The notes under the pieces were generated by a model. It worked only from the letters and a program-made list of their open reading frames with translations. It was not told the origin of the DNA and made no database searches. Positions 61,333-64,000 of a DNA stretch of 64,000 nucleotides are shown piece after piece. The translations under genes and the position numbers were made by a program. Source of the DNA: Fonticula-like sp. SCN 57-25 (lineage: Eukaryota); contig MEDX01000006.1 of assembly GCA_001724245.1 (NCBI GenBank), positions 1-64,000 on the forward strand, given 5' to 3'. Position 1 is the first letter of the stretch. Every line of letters begins with the position of its first letter.

Positions 61333-62096
61333 TTAGCCGCGCGGCCTCTCGCGCCTTTGCGTCCTCTTCCGTTCCTTTTCCTTCTTGAGCCTGTCCAATT
61401 CCTGCATCTCCTTCATCTTTTCCTTTTGCTTCGCCGACTCTTCCTTGGCACGCTCGCGCTGCGCCTTTTCGCGATCGTGTACGTCCTTTGCGTTCCGGTT
61501 CTCCATGAGGGCGGCATCCGCGCGCCCCGCCGCGGAGCGGTCCTTGACGCGCACCTCCATGGACCCGTCGGCGCCCTCGACCAGCTCGTCCATGTCGTAC
61601 GCGTACTTCATCAGAATCGCCTCGCGCTGCTTGCGCTCCTGCGACGTCAGCTGCGGAACGCTCCCGGGCGCACTGATGCCGTCCCGAATGCTGCCATACC
61701 CGTCGTCGTCCGCCGCCGGCGCGTTGTCTACCGCCAGCTGCTGCAGCGATGCAAGCACCTCCTTCTCCTTTTGGCGCGCTGTCTCAAGCGCCGCTTCACG
61801 TCGCTGCTGCTCCAGAGCGTCCGCCTCGGCCTCTGCGCGCGCAAGCTCCGCCATGATCTCGTCTACAACCTCGTCCATGGGGCGGCCGGCCACCTCCTCG
61901 AGGAATCCGCCGACGGCATCACGCTTGTCGTCCGCGTCGGTCGTCGTCTGAGAGCCGGGGTTAATGACGGCCAAGGCAACTGTCCAAAAGCGCGTACGTC
62001 AGAAAGGATACCGCTAATATACTCCTGGAACGCCTCGTCGGCGAGCCCGACCGACTGAAGCTTGCTCGCGAGCCACGCAGCGTCCACCTCGGCCAT
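61333..62096 (-). CDS. CCDC43: Coiled-coil domain-containing protein 43
   Basis: N-terminal WLASKLQSVGLADEAFQEYISGIL, REAILMKYAY, ENRNAKDV, C-terminal KKEKERKRTQRRER. One intron. Confidence 0.85.
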
Positions 62097-62170
62097 CACC
62101 ACGGGAATAAGAGCAAATCAGAAAGGAATCAGCACCGATCAGTCACCATTTGGGCGGACGCGCAGCGGAA

Positions 62171-63781
62171 ATGGCGGGAAGGCCCGAGATGCCGGGGTTC
62201 GTGTACGACGCGGAGCGGAATAGATACTTTAAAATAGCGCGATCAAACAATGCTCCCCAACACCCGTACCGACTGGACAACTTTATGAAGCGCAGCGAGC
62301 CGCCACCGACCGTGTACCGCGATCCTCGGCCCCGCGACACCCTCTTTCGACTCCTCTACCGACGAGAGGCCGCGCAGCCAAGCGGCCGCGCGCCAAGGTA
62401 CGCGCATGCGCCGCATCGTATGTTGCTGACAATGTTAAATAGCCGACGCGATGCGGCGCGATGCGTATTGGCGCAGAGTGATCTCGTGTCGCAACTACAG
62501 CTGCGTGCGCCAGGCGTCGATTTCATAGAGGTACCGCCACTCTGTTGCCGCTGCCGCGCCTAACTCGTGCTGCCAGTATCACGAAGAGTCAAAGTACTTG
62601 TTTGTGAGCACAAAGCGAAGCGAGGAACGTCCGTTTGCGTACGGCCTGAGCCTTGTCGCACGCTGTACGCTAACTTGCCCCCAGCTGCTACACCCTTTCG
62701 AACGGCGAATCTCTTTTAACATCGGACCGCGCGCGATTTCGCGGTTTCCCTAACGTACGTAGCCTTTCATTGATAAACCAGAGCGCTTATAGCAGCTGTC
62801 CAGTATGGTTTCAAGTGTGTGTCATTTTCACCGATGCACGGAGCCAACTACTCCTGTGTCTGGGTCGGCATTCCAACGACAGAGGACATGATCGCGACAG
62901 TTTATGTACCGCCAGAAGGCGCCGCCAACGTGACCACAATGAAATTCCGAGGCGAGGCGACCTGTTGCCACTATGCGCCAGACAGCGACCAGGTTGCCGT
63001 GGGCGCGTCGTCGAGGGTGGTCACCTTCAACCACGGCCGCCCGTCCCTATTTCAGACCATCCCGACCGTCAAGAGCTACATCTACGCCGTGCGGTGGTCA
63101 ACAAGAGTGCGTCTGCTTTGTTATTGAGCGGTAGCTTACATTATGTGCGCGTGCACAGAGCACCGGCGTCCTTGCCGTGGCGTCCCGCGACGCCCACGTG
63201 CGACTTTTTGACCCGCGGGTGCCGCAGCGGCCGTCCGCAATGCGCAAGTTTCACTCTTCCGTCTGCGACGTCCGCTTTGTGGAAAAGGGGGGCGCCAGCG
63301 GGGTACTGGTGTCCACCATGGAGAACGGCGTACGTTCCTTTCTTTGTTGTGTACTTCTGGCTCACTCGCGCAGCTCCAATACTGCGACATGCGCAATATG
63401 GCGTCGCCCGTGCACGACTATGGCGGCCACGTTAACGATTTTGGCGTCTTTTCGATGGCCGTCGACAAGGACGCAAACTTTGTCGCCTTGGGTGCGTCAG
63501 AGCGCCATACGTCTCTATCACTAACGCATATAAAAGGTGGCTCCGACAACCGCGTGCGGCTGTGGGACATTGACAGCGGGCAGCTCGTCTTTTCGTCGCG
63601 GACGCAGACACATCCGGTCACCGGTGTCGCTTTCGCCACGCATCCTGGAGGGTGCGCTGCTGACAATAGCGCCGTGCGCGGCTAACGAAGCGATAGGGAA
63701 AGGCCGCTGCTGTTTGCCAGCACAGGGAACCGCGTTTTTGCTCTGCTGAACGTCGCCTTGGACGCGGAGGAGGAGGACTAG
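62171..63781 (+). CDS. DCAF4/WDR21-like WD40 protein; multi-exon
   Basis: N-terminal PEMPGFVYDAERNRYFKI motif; WD repeats with DxR boxes (RLFDPR, YCDMR) and GGSDNRVRLWD. TAG at 63779-63781. Confidence 0.8.
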
Positions 63782-64000
63782 ACTTTCGGCCCGGTAATGT
63801 AAAGCATTGTATTGTATAGTATTTGTACAAGTAGTGTGGAAATTATAATACAACATGACATGCATCAGCAGTATTTACAATACGCCAAAATATGTGGTGA
63901 TCTTACGAGCTATAAAAACAATTCACGGTGGCAAAGCGTGCCATGCAAAATGCGCAATGAATAACCTGTCAAGCACCTTGCGGCGCAAACCAAGCACATA

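Noticed and set aside
63927-63935. GGTGGCAAA (yeast Rpn4 PACE word)
   Set aside because: A single occurrence at the window edge with no visible target gene; cannot be distinguished from chance.
1-64000. Alternative genetic code (TAR to Gln, as in some aphelids)
   Set aside because: Conserved genes end at TAA, TAG or TGA at the expected positions. Internal stops fall inside introns, and long exons (SMC4, UTP13) are stop-free.

Overview
Eukaryotic nuclear DNA from a very gene-dense, GC-rich genome with many short GT-AG introns (mostly about 45-65 nt; donors GT(A/G)CG, branch points CT(A/G/C)AC) and the standard genetic code. The gene content mixes fungus-like genes (S. pombe-like Rec8, ASXH protein) with genes typical of animals and protists (SMCR8, ZRSR2, macoilin-like, EPLIN-like LIM protein, FtsX-like permease). 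This suggests an early-diverging opisthokont such as a nucleariid-like protist or zoosporic fungus; the taxonomy is an inference. The window holds 25 complete protein genes plus one partial: TMEM135-like, MTO1, VPS39, TVP23, a C2H2+DEUBAD protein, ZRSR2, NUP54, PFDN3, a CTDSP/PSR phosphatase, REC8, SMC4, an FtsX-domain permease, a BOD1/Shg1-like protein, a GULO/ALO oxidase, CNS1/TTC4, UTP13, a macoilin-like+FN3 protein, NIT1, a two-LIM repeat protein, TRAPPC4, SMCR8, SEC3, CCDC43, a DCAF4-like protein and two orphan membrane proteins. There are also two identical convergent tRNA-Glu(CTC) genes, both followed by a genome-encoded CCA. The most unusual element is a ~2.8 kb gene-free gap (168-2975) made of modular inverted-repeat arms around a largely unique core, a candidate IR-type centromere or foldback element. 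Gene models were spliced by eye and family calls rest on recalled motifs, not database searches.
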